NCBI GenBank assembly: GCA_963810095.1
Contig: CAWEMM010000006.1
Coordinates: 864,001-928,000 of the forward strand
Reading direction: 5' to 3'
Source of the DNA: an uncultured Chloroflexia bacterium
Lineage (GTDB): Bacteria > Chloroflexota > Anaerolineae > CG2-30-64-16
DNA length: 64,000 bases
The position numbers were made by a program, and so were the translations under genes. Numbering within the stretch: the stretch's first letter is position 1; every line of letters begins with the position of its first letter. A model generated the notes under the pieces. That model searched no databases. It was not told the DNA's origin and saw nothing but the letters and a program-made list of their open reading frames with translations. Positions 22,701 through 33,861 of this stretch are shown piece by piece.

Positions 22701-24108
22701 CCTCGTCGGCATTCACCGCCCGCAGGTACTTGCCCCAGTCGCCGATGCTCCCGGAAGTCCCATAACCGGGGGTGAAATCGTACGTGGGATACTCCCGGTC
22801 TCGGAACACGAGCCACGCTCGCCGCTCGGAGCCGAGCCAATAGTCGACCACCTGCCACATGGGCTGCGAGAAGCTGCCCTTCCAAGGGCTGTGGTACAAG
22901 ACGAAATTGCCGCCGTTACCCGCGCCACTCAGCACGGTCCAGTACATGCCTTCGACGCTTGGGGTGTGCGCGTCGAACTCGTACAGCATCGGGTAGCCGA
23001 GATCGCGCAGCGCCCGGCCGACAGTCCACTTGTTCCACGTAGTCAGCGCGTTGCCGGGCCGCTCGTCGACGTCGGGCCGGTCGACGTTGATGTTGTTCAT
23101 CGAGACGCCAATGGGCTTCCCGGCCCATTGCTCTTCGTACAGCCACTTGCGGAAGGCTTTGCCGCTCATCGTCGTGCACGGCGAACTGTCGACCATGGAA
23201 AGCACGGCTTTGTCGGGGAAGGCGCGCACGGCCGCTTCGGTCAGGTCGCGCACGTAGATCATGTACTCATTGCATGAGACGGTCTTCTCATGCTCGGTCA
23301 TCACGCTCTTCTGGGTGTCGCTGCCACAGTCGAGATTATCCCTGCCTGCCGGCGGCACCGCGTCCCAGTAAGGCTGGCACTGGACGACCGGCTGACTCTC
23401 GCCCTGCACACCGACATACACCCGCACCGCGGCCACCTGCGGGTTGCTGTTGTAGCGCTGCCCCGCGGCCTGGATGAACTCGATCATCCGCTTCTTGAAC
23501 TCGCCCCCGTAGCGGATGGACTGGTAGACGTTGCCGGAAGCAGGGACGGTGAATGAGAAGCGGTAGGCGTCGTTCTGCATCCAGGGAGGCAAGTGCAGAC
23601 GGATAAACGGGTTGCCGGCGCTGCCCGGTTCGCCGTGCCCTGTCGTGTTGTACCATCGGCTGCCGGTGTCTGAGTACCCGCTGGGCACGGTCAGGATGAC
23701 AGGCTGCGGGACGACCTGCCCGTCGGCCAACTTTACCTTCGCGGCCGCGGCCTGCTTCAGGCAGTAGTCGTAGGGCGACCAGTTGATCGCGGAGCGCGCG
23801 TCCCACACGCCGGTCGCGCCCACGTCGCCGCCCGAGCCCAGATAGCTGATGCAGTCGACGCCCACCATTTCGTTGCCCGGCGCCAGCGGATCGCCCGGCT
23901 CACGGGTCGGGGGGATCGCGTTGCCGGCCGTGCTCCAGGCGACGTACAGCCCGGGAACGCCGGGAACAATCAGCGGCTTGCCGGCGGGCGGTTCGGGAGA
24001 CTGGACGGGCGGGAGTGTGGGGGGTGGGGGTGGGTTATTGAGGCCGCGACAACTCGTCAGCAGGATGACGGTCAAGACGAGAACCAGGGCGATCGGCAGT
24101 CTTCTCAC
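19779..24108 (-). CDS. Large lipoprotein (~1440 aa if joined): glycoside-hydrolase-like N-terminus, Pro/Thr linkers, YVTN-like propeller, two tandem C-terminal domains; frameshift near 22200
   Basis: Lipobox LTSC in ORF 21553-24108; removing one base joins VYVTVP to [10 protein letters not shown] of ORF 19779-22301. Confidence 0.75.
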
Positions 24109-24167
24109 GGGGCGCTCCGTTCGTTGGTTCGTCTAGAATATCATATTTATTTCTGGTTATCAAGAGG

Positions 24168-24274
24168 GAAATGGGACACTGATTAACAGATTGAACTGAT
24201 TTGCCTGATCTCTCGGAAGCAGCTATGAGAAATCAGGGGCAATCAGTTCAATCAGTCCGATCTGCGTGCTATTC
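24168..24274. repeat. Palindromic element with 9-bp periodic arms (ACTGAT/ATCAGT type)
   Basis: ACACTGATT AACAGATTG AACTGATTT ... CAATCAGT TCAATCAGT; inverted relative near 36989-37070. Confidence 0.7.
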
Positions 24275-25846
24275 TTACTTCGCCGTTTCGACTGCCCGGG
24301 TCTCCCGAACGACCATGACCTTGATCTGGCCCGGATACTCGAGGTTGTCTTCGATCTTTTTGGCGATGTCCTTCGCCATGCGCAGCGCGCCCAGGTCGTC
24401 CACGTCCTCCGGCTTGACGATCACCCGCACTTCCCGGCCGGCCTGGATGGCGTAGGTCTGCTGCACGCCGGTAAACGAGTTGCCGATCTCTTCGAGCGCC
24501 TGGATACGCTTAACGTAGCTTTCCAGCGCCTCGCGGCGTGCGCCCGGCCGGCTGCCGCTGATGGCATCCGCCGTCGTCGCGATGGCCGCCTCGACGCTGA
24601 GTTGGTCCACCTCGTGATGGTGCGATGCGATGATGTTGACCACTTCGGCCGGCACGCCGTAGCGCTTCGCGATGTCCGCGCCCACCTGTGCGTGTGCGCC
24701 TTCGACCTCGTGACTGACGGCCTTGCCGATGTCGTGCAGCAGCGCACCCATCTTCGAGAGGTGCACGTTGGCGCCCATCTCGGCTGCCAGCATTGCGGCG
24801 ATGTGGGTTGCCTCGACCGCGTGCGCCAGCTGATTCTGGCCGTAGCTCGTCCGGTACTTGAGCCGGCCCAGCAACTTCACCATCTCGGGATGAAGCATCT
24901 GCAGCCCGACTTCCATGACTGCCTGCTCGCCGGCATCCTTGATCGACTTCTCGACCTCGCCGCGCGCCTTCTCGACTTCCTTCTCGATGCGGGCCGGATG
25001 GATGCGCCCGTCCTGCACGAGGCGGCCGATCGCGATACGCGCCACCTCGCGGCGGATCGGATCGAACGAAGAGATCAGGATGGCCTCGGGCGTATCGTCG
25101 ACGACCAGGTCGACGCCCGTGGCCTGCTCGATGGAGCGGATATTGCGGCCCTGCCGGCCGATAATGCGCCCCTTCATTTCGTCTGTGGGCAGGGGCACGC
25201 TGGCCACCGTGGTCTCCGATACATGATCGGATGCGACCCGCTCCATCACCCGGGTGATGATCTCACGAGCCCGGCCTTCGGCCTCAGACGCCGCCTGCGC
25301 CTCTACTTCCCGGATCTTCCGGGCCATGTCCTGCCGGGTCGTCTGTTCGACCGCGGTGAGCAACTCCTGGCGGGCATCCTCCCGGCTCATCTGTGCGATG
25401 CGCTCGAGCTCGGCTGCCCGCTCGGCTTCGACTTTCTCGAGGTCCGTTTCACGCTTGTCCAGCTTGGCCTGGCGCTGGTCGAGCTTGCGGTTGCGCTGCT
25501 CGATCTGCTCCACGCGGCCTTCCAAGGCCTCTTGCCGGCGTTGAATCCGCTCTTCAGCACGATCCAATTCACGCCGCCGGCGGACGATTTCCTGGTCGGC
25601 CTCCTCCAGGAGTTGGACCTTTTGCCCCTGTGCAGCCAGCTCGATGGACTTGGCCTTGTTGTCGGCCTCCGCCACCATGCGCTTCGCCTCGATTTCGGCA
25701 TTTCTAGTCAGCGCTTCAGCTTCCGTATGGGCTGCAAGCTGGCGCGACTTCATGATCAGGTATCCGATCACGCCGCCTGCGAACCCGGCTGCCAGGAAGA
25801 TCAACAGGTCCACGATGATGCGGAGGCCTGTATTTCCTCCAAACAT
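24275..25846 (-). CDS. rny: Ribonuclease Y
   Basis: N-terminal TM helix, coiled coil, KH domain (MKGRIIGRQGRNIR), HD domain (LLHDIGK), SRPGARRE. Confidence 0.97.
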   Translation of the reverse strand: MFGGNTGLRIIVDLLIFLAAGFAGGVIGYLIMKSRQLAAHTEAEALTRNAEIEAKRMVAEADNKAKSIELAAQGQKVQLLEEADQEIVRRRRELDRAEERIQRRQEALEGRVEQIEQRNRKLDQRQAKLDKRETDLEKVEAERAAELERIAQMSREDARQELLTAVEQTTRQDMARKIREVEAQAASEAEGRAREIITRVMERVASDHVSETTVASVPLPTDEMKGRIIGRQGRNIRSIEQATGVDLVVDDTPEAILISSFDPIRREVARIAIGRLVQDGRIHPARIEKEVEKARGEVEKSIKDAGEQAVMEVGLQMLHPEMVKLLGRLKYRTSYGQNQLAHAVEATHIAAMLAAEMGANVHLSKMGALLHDIGKAVSHEVEGAHAQVGADIAKRYGVPAEVVNIIASHHHEVDQLSVEAAIATTADAISGSRPGARREALESYVKRIQALEEIGNSFTGVQQTYAIQAGREVRVIVKPEDVDDLGALRMAKDIAKKIEDNLEYPGQIKVMVVRETRAVETAK

Positions 25847-26068
25847 TGATTTCCTGCCTTTCGGTTGTCAAGGGTGGGTAAGGGTAGTGCTTCAAAGGCG
25901 ACTCGAACGACGCTGTCGCCGGGATAATTACGGTTCGGCCGCACAGACCGCCGGGCATTCGGCGCCTCGCCGGCCCCCGCTGCCTCCAGGTATCGATCCG
26001 AGAATTAGCTGGGGCCGGTCTCTGACCGTGCCCCGGCTGGCCCCCTACCGCCGCTGGGGCCTCTGTGG

Positions 26069-26707
26069 CTAATTCTCTTCTTGCATCTCGCGCAGAAGCC
26101 GGTTTGTGACTTCGCGCACCACATCATAACTGAAACCCCGGCGCATCAAAAAGTTGCCGAGTTTTTGTTTGAATCCACTCGCGTCTTCCTGCGCCAGGGC
26201 TCGCCAGCGTTCCGCTTTTGGCTGACCCGCCGCGTAGGCCGCCTCGCTCGCGTTCAGGTCGGCCAGGCTCTCGTCGATGGCCTCGCTGTCCACGCCCGCA
26301 CGGCGCAACTCCTGCCGCAGCGCTTGCTCGCCCTTCGGCCGGAACCGCTGCCGGTTCTCAACCCAGTAGCGGGCGAATTCGGCGTCGTTCAGATAGCCCT
26401 GCTCGGTCAGCCGAGCGATCGCCGCTTCGATCGCTTCCTCATCGATCTCGGATTCCTGCAGCCGGCGGCGCACCTCAACCGTGCTCCGCGGCCGCGTGCC
26501 CAGGAATACCACCGCACGGTCGTACGCCTTGGCGACCGCGTCGACCTGGCGCAGCCGGAGCAGGTCCGCATCCGTGAGGACCTCGCCCACCTTCAGCTGA
26601 GCGGCATCGACCGCGGGCAAGGCCAACGCGAACTCGCCGTCGAGGTAGACGTTGACCCGATCGCCGGTGTGTTTCTGAAACTGCAAACTGGTTATACGGC
26701 CGGTCAT
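26069..26707 (-). CDS. recX: Regulatory protein RecX
   Basis: RVNVYLDGEF, RPRSTVEVRRRL, YLNDAEFA, LMRRGFSY; downstream of recA. Confidence 0.93.
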   Translation of the reverse strand: MTGRITSLQFQKHTGDRVNVYLDGEFALALPAVDAAQLKVGEVLTDADLLRLRQVDAVAKAYDRAVVFLGTRPRSTVEVRRRLQESEIDEEAIEAAIARLTEQGYLNDAEFARYWVENRQRFRPKGEQALRQELRRAGVDSEAIDESLADLNASEAAYAAGQPKAERWRALAQEDASGFKQKLGNFLMRRGFSYDVVREVTNRLLREMQEEN

Positions 26708-26777
26708 ACGCAAGTAGCCCTCTTGCGGCCGCCACGCCAATGAAGAGAGCGCATGCGCCGCAACGACGCTTTAAACC

Positions 26778-26826
26778 AAAAGAACCGTGGCGATAGGTCA
26801 CCCACGGTGAACCCCGACCACGGTTC
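26778..26826 (-). terminator. Intrinsic terminator/attenuator between recA and recX
   Basis: Minus strand GAACCGTGG...CCACGGTTC followed by TTTT. Confidence 0.65.
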
Positions 26827-27121
26827 CTTGTTCCGAATCACGCCTATAGCAGCGTCAGCACGAATACGAATACCGGCGTCTGCGCCACAGAGAGATCAGA
26901 GGCTTGGTCGGGTTCATGAGAGTTCGGATCTCTCAGACTTCCCGCTGAGACCTCTGCGGCCTCCGTGGCACAGCGCCAGTCTGTCGATTGATCTAGCCCA
27001 TGCGCCTCACGGCCCAGGGTCCTTCGTCGCCAACGCCGCCGTGCGGCGTATCAAAAACAAGGCCGACCATGATCGGGCGCCATCCAGGAGCAGGAACTTC
27101 GCCCTGCCTCCGGCGAGACGC

Positions 27122-28180
27122 TTACTCCTCGCCGCCTTCCTCGTCGTCCTCATCCGGTCCGGCGAGTTGCACCGGCGCGAATGACGCCTTCCCTCGGACG
27201 GCGTCCTCGATCTGCTGCGCGATCGCCGGCTGGGCTTCCAGGAAGTCCTTGGCATTCTCGCGCCCCTGACCAAGGCGGGTGTCGTTGAACGTGTAGAACG
27301 CGCCCCGCTTGTCGATGATCCCCATCGTAGTGCCCAGGTCCAGCAGGTCACCCGACTTGCTGATACCCTTATTATACATGATATCGAACTCAGCCTGCTT
27401 AAATGGGGCTGCCACTTTATTCTTCTTGACCGTAACCCTTGTGCGGCTGCCCACCGTATTGCCACCGGCCTTGATTCCCTCGATGCGGCGCACGTCCAAC
27501 CGGACGCTGGCGTAGAACTTGAGCGCCATGCCGCCCGACGTCGTCTCCGGGTTGCCAAACATGATGCCGATCTTCTGCCTGAGCTGATTGGTGAAGATCA
27601 AGCACGTGTTGCTCGTCTTGATCGCGCCGGTCAGCTTGCGCAATGCCTGCGACATGAGGCGGGCCTGCAGGCCGACATGGCTGTCGCCCATCTCGCCTTC
27701 GATCTCGGCGCGGGGCACGAGCGCGGCCACCGAGTCGATCACGACCACGTCAATCGCGCCCGAGCGAATCAGCGACTCGGCGATCTCCAGCGCCTGTTCG
27801 CCGGTGTCTGGCTGCGAGATGTACAACTCGTCGACGTTGACGCCGCATTTGCGGGCGTAGTCCGGGTCAAGCGCATGCTCGACATCGATGAAGGCCGCAA
27901 TGCCGCCCATCTTCTGGGCCTCGGCGATGATGTGTTGGCAAATCGTCGTCTTGCCGGACGATTCCGGGCCGTAGATCTCCGTGACGCGCCCTCTCGGCAC
28001 GCCCCCGATCCCCAGGGCCAGGTCCAGCGAGAGGGAGCCGGTTGGGATGGCGCCGACCTTGAGTCGCTCCGCCTGTCCCAGCTTCATGACCGTTCCCTCG
28101 CCGAAGCGCTTCTTGAGATTCGCCAGCGTTGTGTCCAACGCCTTGAGCCGTGCGGCATCAGCCATGTCCTTGTTCCCCAT
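27122..28180 (-). CDS. recA: Recombinase RecA
   Basis: [31 protein letters not shown]. Confidence 0.99.
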   Translation of the reverse strand: MGNKDMADAARLKALDTTLANLKKRFGEGTVMKLGQAERLKVGAIPTGSLSLDLALGIGGVPRGRVTEIYGPESSGKTTICQHIIAEAQKMGGIAAFIDVEHALDPDYARKCGVNVDELYISQPDTGEQALEIAESLIRSGAIDVVVIDSVAALVPRAEIEGEMGDSHVGLQARLMSQALRKLTGAIKTSNTCLIFTNQLRQKIGIMFGNPETTSGGMALKFYASVRLDVRRIEGIKAGGNTVGSRTRVTVKKNKVAAPFKQAEFDIMYNKGISKSGDLLDLGTTMGIIDKRGAFYTFNDTRLGQGRENAKDFLEAQPAIAQQIEDAVRGKASFAPVQLAGPDEDDEEGGEE

Positions 28181-28244
28181 TTCTGCAGGAGTTGTCTCTC
28201 CGGTTCGATTACTTTTTCAAAGTTTGGTGCAGACTTCCACAAGC

Positions 28245-28303
28245 ATCATACCCCATGCCGGTGTAATATGCAAATCGAGCGAACACGATGTGAACGGGTG
28301 TTC
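28245..28303 (-). promoter_or_regulatory. recA sigma70 promoter with upstream LexA box
   Basis: Minus strand TTGCAT (28273-28268), 17 nt, TATGAT (28250-28245); GAAC-GGGT-GTTC at 28292-28303. Confidence 0.8.
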
Positions 28304-28451
28304 TGAGGGCCTGCCAGCCGGCCTTTTCCAACAAGCGCCACACGTGCTGTAATAGGAGTGTGCAAATGCACCCGTTCTGTGGACAACTTACGGACGCGTT
28401 TTGATATGATGAGTAGATTATACAACATGACCATGACCGTGGAGACCCTCG

Positions 28452-30440
28452 ATGCACGACCTGCCTATTCTGATTAACATCACGCTTGCTCTCATCGTGG
28501 CATTTATCGGAGGAGTCATCGCTAAGCGGGTCGGCCTGCCGACGATCGTGGGATACCTCCTCGCGGGCATCGTTATCGGCCCGTTCACGCCCGGCTTTGT
28601 CGGCGATGTCCACACGATCCAGCAACTGGCAGAACTGGGCGTCATCTTTCTGATGTTTGGCGTGGGGCTGCATTTCTCCTTCGCCGACCTCTGGCGCGTG
28701 CGGGACATCGCAGTTCCCGGCGCCTTGATCCAGACGGCCCTCGCCACCGCGGCCGGCGTGGTCCTCACGCAGTTGTGGGGGTGGCAGCTCTCGGCCAGCC
28801 TCGTCCTGGGCCTATCGATCTCGGTCGCCAGCACCGTCGTCCTGCTGCGCGGGCTGATGGACCACCGGCTGTTGAACACGACGCACGGTCAGGCAGCGGT
28901 CGGCTGGCTGGTCATGGAAGACATCCTGTCCGTGCTCATCCTCGTACTGATGCCCGCGCTCAGTCTCGAGTCGGGATCGTTCGATCTCGCCGGGCTCGCA
29001 TTGACGCTGGCCAAGGCCGCCGCGTTCATCGTCGTCATGGCCGTGATCGGCCGCCGCCTGATCCCCTGGCTACTGGGGCGCATCGCACTCAGCCGCTCGC
29101 GCGAGCTGTTCATCCTCGCAACGCTGGCGATCACCCTTGGCACCGCCATCGGCGCGGCCGAGCTGTTCGGCGTGTCGCTGGCCCTAGGCGCTTTCATTGC
29201 CGGCGCCATCATCAACCAATCGCCCTGGAGCCACCAGGTCGATGCCGACATCTTTACCTTCCGCGAGACCTTCTCGATCCTGTTCTTCGTCTCGGTGGGC
29301 ATGCTGGTCAACCCCGCCTTCCTATGGGCCAACCTGGGCCAGGTGGCCGCGCTGACGTCGCTCGTGGTGTTCGGCAAGCTGTTCATCGTGCTCGTGATGG
29401 GGCTCTTCTTCCCGCGTCCGGCCCGGACATTCCTCGTCGTGGCGGTTGGCCTGGCCCAGATCGGCGAGTTTTCGTTCATCCTGGGGAAGGCCGGCGTTTC
29501 GCTGGGGTTGTTGGCCGGCGACCAATACTCGCTCATCCTGGCCGCCTCCCTGATCTCCATCGCAGTCAATCCGTTCATGTACAAGCTGCTGGGGCCGCTC
29601 GAGCGCGGCCTGCGCCGTCTGCCCGGGGTCTGGCGCAAGCTGGAGGCCAACGTGCCGCTGCCCCAGATCGACGAGGAGACGCTGCGCGACCACGTGGTGA
29701 TCATCGGGTACGGCCGGGTCGGCAAGCACCTGGTCACCGTGCTCCAGACGCTGAACGTCCCGCAGATCGTGATCGAGTCGGACGCCGAGCGGGTCCAAGC
29801 CCTGAATGAAGCCGGCATTGCCACGTTGTACGGCGACGCGGCCAACTCGGAGGTCATGGTGCACGCGGGGCTCGACCATGCACGCGCCCTGGTCGTGACT
29901 GTGCCCGAGGAAAGCCCGGCCGCGCTGATTGTTGCGGCGGCGCGCAAGCTGAACGAGAAGCTGCCCATCATCGTGCGCGCGGCCACTGCGGAAGGGGTGC
30001 AGCTGCTGAGCGATCTGGGCGCGAGCGATGTGGTGCATCCGGAGCTGGAGGGCGGGCTGGAGATGGTGCACGACACGTTGCTGCACCTGGGGTACCCGCT
30101 GCGCGAGGTGCACAGCTATGCGGAAGCCGTGCGTCGCGACGCCTACAATATCGACATCACCTCCAGCGACGAACACCGGTCTCTCCACGACCTGGTAGCC
30201 GCGAGTCAGAGCATCGAGATTGCCTGGATCGAGCTGGGCGACGAGCACCCGCTGGTGGGGCAGACGCTGCAGGATTCCAACATTCGGGCGCAGACGGGCG
30301 CATCCGTGGTGGCCCTCATTCGCGACGGCCACGCGGTCGCGAATCCGAAATCCTCCACGGAGTTCCGGGGCGGCGACCGGGTAGGGTTGATCGGCGAGAA
30401 GGAGCACCTGGAGCAGGCCCGGGCCTGGCTGGAAGGGTGA
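28452..30440 (+). CDS. CPA2 cation:proton antiporter with TrkA-N and TrkA-C domains (YbaL/Kef-like)
   Basis: GYLLAG, AELGVIFLMFGVGL, FFVSVGM, AQIGEFSF, IIGYGRVG. Confidence 0.93.
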   Translation: MHDLPILINITLALIVAFIGGVIAKRVGLPTIVGYLLAGIVIGPFTPGFVGDVHTIQQLAELGVIFLMFGVGLHFSFADLWRVRDIAVPGALIQTALATAAGVVLTQLWGWQLSASLVLGLSISVASTVVLLRGLMDHRLLNTTHGQAAVGWLVMEDILSVLILVLMPALSLESGSFDLAGLALTLAKAAAFIVVMAVIGRRLIPWLLGRIALSRSRELFILATLAITLGTAIGAAELFGVSLALGAFIAGAIINQSPWSHQVDADIFTFRETFSILFFVSVGMLVNPAFLWANLGQVAALTSLVVFGKLFIVLVMGLFFPRPARTFLVVAVGLAQIGEFSFILGKAGVSLGLLAGDQYSLILAASLISIAVNPFMYKLLGPLERGLRRLPGVWRKLEANVPLPQIDEETLRDHVVIIGYGRVGKHLVTVLQTLNVPQIVIESDAERVQALNEAGIATLYGDAANSEVMVHAGLDHARALVVTVPEESPAALIVAAARKLNEKLPIIVRAATAEGVQLLSDLGASDVVHPELEGGLEMVHDTLLHLGYPLREVHSYAEAVRRDAYNIDITSSDEHRSLHDLVAASQSIEIAWIELGDEHPLVGQTLQDSNIRAQTGASVVALIRDGHAVANPKSSTEFRGGDRVGLIGEKEHLEQARAWLEG

Positions 30441-30448
30441 GCAGAAAG

Positions 30449-30898
30449 ATGCTAAGTGAGGTGATTTCTGGGAAATTATCGAGAAGTTGGATTGGCGGCG
30501 GAGGGCGACGACGATGGTGTGCTGGCCCCCGCCGTTCGAGACCCTTGCCAAACGCCCTAGAGAAGACATAGAAGGCTTCGAGGAACGGCTGGCGCTGCTA
30601 CTTTACCGGCTAGACACGAAAGCACACGCCAGCCACATCGGGCAAGGCTCGTATGATCCGAAGAACGAGTTTGTTTCGCCCGACGAGTTTCTCTACAGCC
30701 GCTGTGTTGTCGTAGCGAACGGCAAAGAATACTACGAAACGGTCTTGCATGATCCCGGGCAAATGCCAAAGGACATGGAGTTCGAGGCCCTGCTGTACCT
30801 GACTTCTAGCGCCTGGGAGTCTGAAGACAGACGGGGCTTTCGAGTACATCCCTAGCGTGAGCTACGAAACGTTTTCCAACGCGGAAGGTTGGACATAG
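30449..30898 (+). pseudogene. DUF4240-like gene broken by several frameshifts
   Basis: Fragments DFWEIIEKLDW, LYRLDTKAH, DEFLYSRCVVVANGKEYY, FEALLY and SYETFSNAEGW lie in different frames. Confidence 0.65.
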
Positions 30899-30936
30899 AA
30901 AGAGCCGTCCGTCTACGTCCTACATGCCCAAGCCCA

Positions 30937-33048
30937 TCACTCGTCTAGCTGCCTTGCCAGGTCGGAGGCGGTCATGACCGGCAGGTTGCACGCGTAGTTC
31001 CGGCAGACGTAGGCGGTGGGCTTGCCGTCTCGCAACGGGCGGTCATGAAGCAAGGCCACCTGTTCGGCTGACTCGCTCTCAGGCGAACCGCCGGCCACCA
31101 CGCTGGTCGGCAGGAAGCGCCGCCACACCTCGGCCAGCAGCTCCTGCGCCTCCTCCGGCTCACCCATCACCGCGATCTCATAGCCCGAATGCACGTTGAA
31201 ATCCAGCGCGCTCAGCAGCCGGCCGAATGCCAGCGGCTGTTCGCTCATGCCGTCGGCCATGAGGTGCAAGGGGCCTTCCCCTGCCGTCACGTAGGCGGGC
31301 CGGTCGAGCAGTTTTGCCAGGCGCAGGAGGAGCTCCGCCGCGAGCGAGTTGCCCGCAGGCACGGCGCTATCGACGAAATCCTTGCGCCGGGCCACCAGCT
31401 TCTCATGGTCGGCCGCGGTCTGGAAGAAGCCGCCGTTTTCCGGATCGTGGAAACGGTCAAGGATCTCGTCCCCGAGGCTGACGGCCGCCTGGAGCCACCG
31501 GTACTCAAAGGTGACCTGGTAGAGCGCCAGCAGCCCGAGCGCAACGGCCGCGTAGTCCTCCAGGTAGCCATTAAGGTGGGCGCGCCCATCGTGGGCGGGG
31601 CCTTCCTTCCAAGTCCGATGCAAGCGCATACCCTCGGCCGAGGTATCGCGCATTTCGCCGAGCAAGAACTCGGCGTTGCGGCGGGCCGCCAGCAAGTAGT
31701 CGGCCCGCCCCAGCACGGCGCCGGCTTCGGCAAAGGCATGAAGCGTCAACCCGTTCCACTCGGCCAGCACCTTTTCGTCCCGCCCGGGGTGCACCCGTTC
31801 CGCCCGCGCCTCGAGCAGAACCTGGCGAGCGCGCAGGATGGCCGAGTCCAGGCGCTCGGGCGTCACATCCAGGTCCGCAGCGACGTCCTCGACCGGCCGC
31901 CGGACGTGCAAGATGTTGGCTCCGAGCCCGCCGAGCACACCCGCGCCCTCCCGCCAGTTGCCCCGCTGCGTTACGCCCCAGTAACCTGCCGCCAGCCGGC
32001 CGTCTTCGGGTCCCAGCAACTTGAGGATCTCCTCCTGGCTCCAGACGAAGAACTTGCCTTCCTTGCCCTCGCTGTCCGCATCCTGCGTGGAGTAGAAAGC
32101 GCCCTCGGGCGCGGTCATCTCGCGCAGCACGTAGTCCAGCGTCTCCTCCGTAACCTGGCGGAAGAACGGGTCGCCCGTCACCTGCCACGCGTGCAGGTAG
32201 GTGCGGGCCAACTGCGCGTTGTCGTACAGCATCTTCTCGAAGTGCGGTGCAAGCCACTCGTCATCCGTGCTGTAGCGGTGAAACCCCCCGCCCAACTGGT
32301 CATACATGCCGCCCCGCGCCATCTTGGTCAGGGTGAAGGTCACGGCTTGCAGGTAGGTGGCGTCTTTCCGCTGGTGGTAGCGCTGCAGCAGAAAGTCGAG
32401 ATTCATCGGCTGCGGAAACTTCGGCGCGCCGCCGAAGCCGCCCTCTACCTTGTCGAACGACCGCATGATAGTAGCCGTCGCCCGCGCCAGCAGCGTCTCG
32501 TCCAACGGCGTGCCCGAGGCCTGCAGCTGAGCCGTCCGGTTCAGCGCGTCGGCCAGCCGTTCGCCCGCCGAAAGCAGTTCGGTGCGCCGGTTCTGCCACG
32601 CCTCGCTCACCGCAGTCAGGAGCTGTGGGAACCCGGGCATGTTGTAGCGCGGCACGGGCGGGAAATAGGTGCCTCCATAAAACGGCTTGCCTTCGGGCGT
32701 AAGGAACACCGTCATCGGCCAGCCGCCGCCGCCCGTCATGGCCTGCACCGCCTCCATGTAGATCGCGTCGATGTCGGGCCGTTCCTCCCGGTCCACCTTG
32801 ATGTTGACGAACAGCTCGTTCATCAACGCCGCCGTCTCAGGGTTCTCGAACGACTCGTGCGCCATGACATGACACCAGTGGCAGGCCGAGTAGCCGACGC
32901 TTAGCAGGACCGGCTTGTCCTCCGCAGCCGCCCGGGCAAGTGCTTCCGGTCCCCACGGATACCAGTCCACCGGATTGTACGCGTGCTGCAGGAGATAAGG
33001 GCTGGTTTCGTGGATCAGGCGGTTGGGTTGCGAGGCTCTTTCGGACAT
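30937..33048 (-). CDS. Thioredoxin-domain/alpha-toroid protein (YyaL/SPATA20 family)
   Basis: [38 protein letters not shown]. Confidence 0.95.
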   Translation of the reverse strand: MSERASQPNRLIHETSPYLLQHAYNPVDWYPWGPEALARAAAEDKPVLLSVGYSACHWCHVMAHESFENPETAALMNELFVNIKVDREERPDIDAIYMEAVQAMTGGGGWPMTVFLTPEGKPFYGGTYFPPVPRYNMPGFPQLLTAVSEAWQNRRTELLSAGERLADALNRTAQLQASGTPLDETLLARATATIMRSFDKVEGGFGGAPKFPQPMNLDFLLQRYHQRKDATYLQAVTFTLTKMARGGMYDQLGGGFHRYSTDDEWLAPHFEKMLYDNAQLARTYLHAWQVTGDPFFRQVTEETLDYVLREMTAPEGAFYSTQDADSEGKEGKFFVWSQEEILKLLGPEDGRLAAGYWGVTQRGNWREGAGVLGGLGANILHVRRPVEDVAADLDVTPERLDSAILRARQVLLEARAERVHPGRDEKVLAEWNGLTLHAFAEAGAVLGRADYLLAARRNAEFLLGEMRDTSAEGMRLHRTWKEGPAHDGRAHLNGYLEDYAAVALGLLALYQVTFEYRWLQAAVSLGDEILDRFHDPENGGFFQTAADHEKLVARRKDFVDSAVPAGNSLAAELLLRLAKLLDRPAYVTAGEGPLHLMADGMSEQPLAFGRLLSALDFNVHSGYEIAVMGEPEEAQELLAEVWRRFLPTSVVAGGSPESESAEQVALLHDRPLRDGKPTAYVCRNYACNLPVMTASDLARQLDE

Positions 33049-33115
33049 GCACGTTCCTTTCCATGGTCGCCCCAGCAAGGCGTTTTGTCCGAGTCTATCA
33101 TCCGGGCGCCAAATG

Positions 33116-33144
33116 AAAAGGGGCTTCCCTTACAGGAAGCCCCC
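33116..33144 (-). terminator. Intrinsic terminator after the DUF3090 gene
   Basis: GGGGCTTCC...GGAAGCCCC with an A-run on its left (U-tract on the minus strand). Confidence 0.7.
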
Positions 33145-33164
33145 ATATTGCTCGCCGCGGGCGC

Positions 33165-33679
33165 TTATGAATCGCCGTGGCCGTTGCGGCGGAAGTGCGC
33201 TTCGGACTGCAAGACGACCTGGTCGGGGTTCCGGCCCTTGCCGATGACCTCGCGGGCATACTGGCTGACCAGCTGCATCTGGGCCCGGGTGGCGAAGAGA
33301 CGCACCTCGCGGGGTCGTGCTCCTCGTCTTCCTCCCCCACCGCCTCTTGTGCGACGAGCAGGATCTTGTCGCGATTGGCGTCGTAACCCAGCCCCATTGC
33401 ACCCACCCTGAACAGCGGCTCGGCCGGCTCCTTCACCTGCATCGCGGCTTCGTCAAGCTTAAGACCCTCGTGCCGCGCCAGCCCGAACTCCTGCTCCAGG
33501 TTCGTCACCATCTCGTCGACCGCATCGGCGAGCGCCTGCACCTGCTCCTTTTCACAAACCAGGCTGACGCGCTCCAGACCCTTTTCCGCCTGGATAAAGA
33601 ACGTGCGCTGCCCCGGCTTGCCGACCGCACCGGCGGTGATGTGGGTGACGGGGTCGAGTTCGATCACAGTGTTCGCCAT
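33165..33679 (-). CDS. DUF3090 family protein; frameshift near 33315
   Basis: ITAGAVGKPGQRTFFIQA, EKEQV, EPLFRVG; tail EVRLFATRAQM...RRNGH in another frame to TAA at 33165. Confidence 0.8.
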
Positions 33680-33861
33680 GCAAATACGCTCCGTGCGACT
33701 TCGAATAGAGAAAGCATAACGGGCGCCAAGGGCTTTGTCAAATGGATTGCGCGCTTCCGAACCGTGCTTACCACCAGGACTCAAAGACACTAAGGCTCAC
33801 GAAGTCACAGCTTCGCCATGTAAACGTTCGTGTCTTGGTGTCTTTGTGGTGACGTAAGCGT

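Noticed and set aside
24168-24274. Possible CRISPR or mini-array
   Set aside because: Degenerate 9-mers in inverted arms, with no identical repeats, unique spacers or cas genes.
26844-26888. Val/Leu-rich mini-ORF (VAQTPVFVFVLTLL) before the recX terminator as a leader peptide
   Set aside because: No RBS, it starts inside a repeat element, and recX is not an amino-acid biosynthesis gene.
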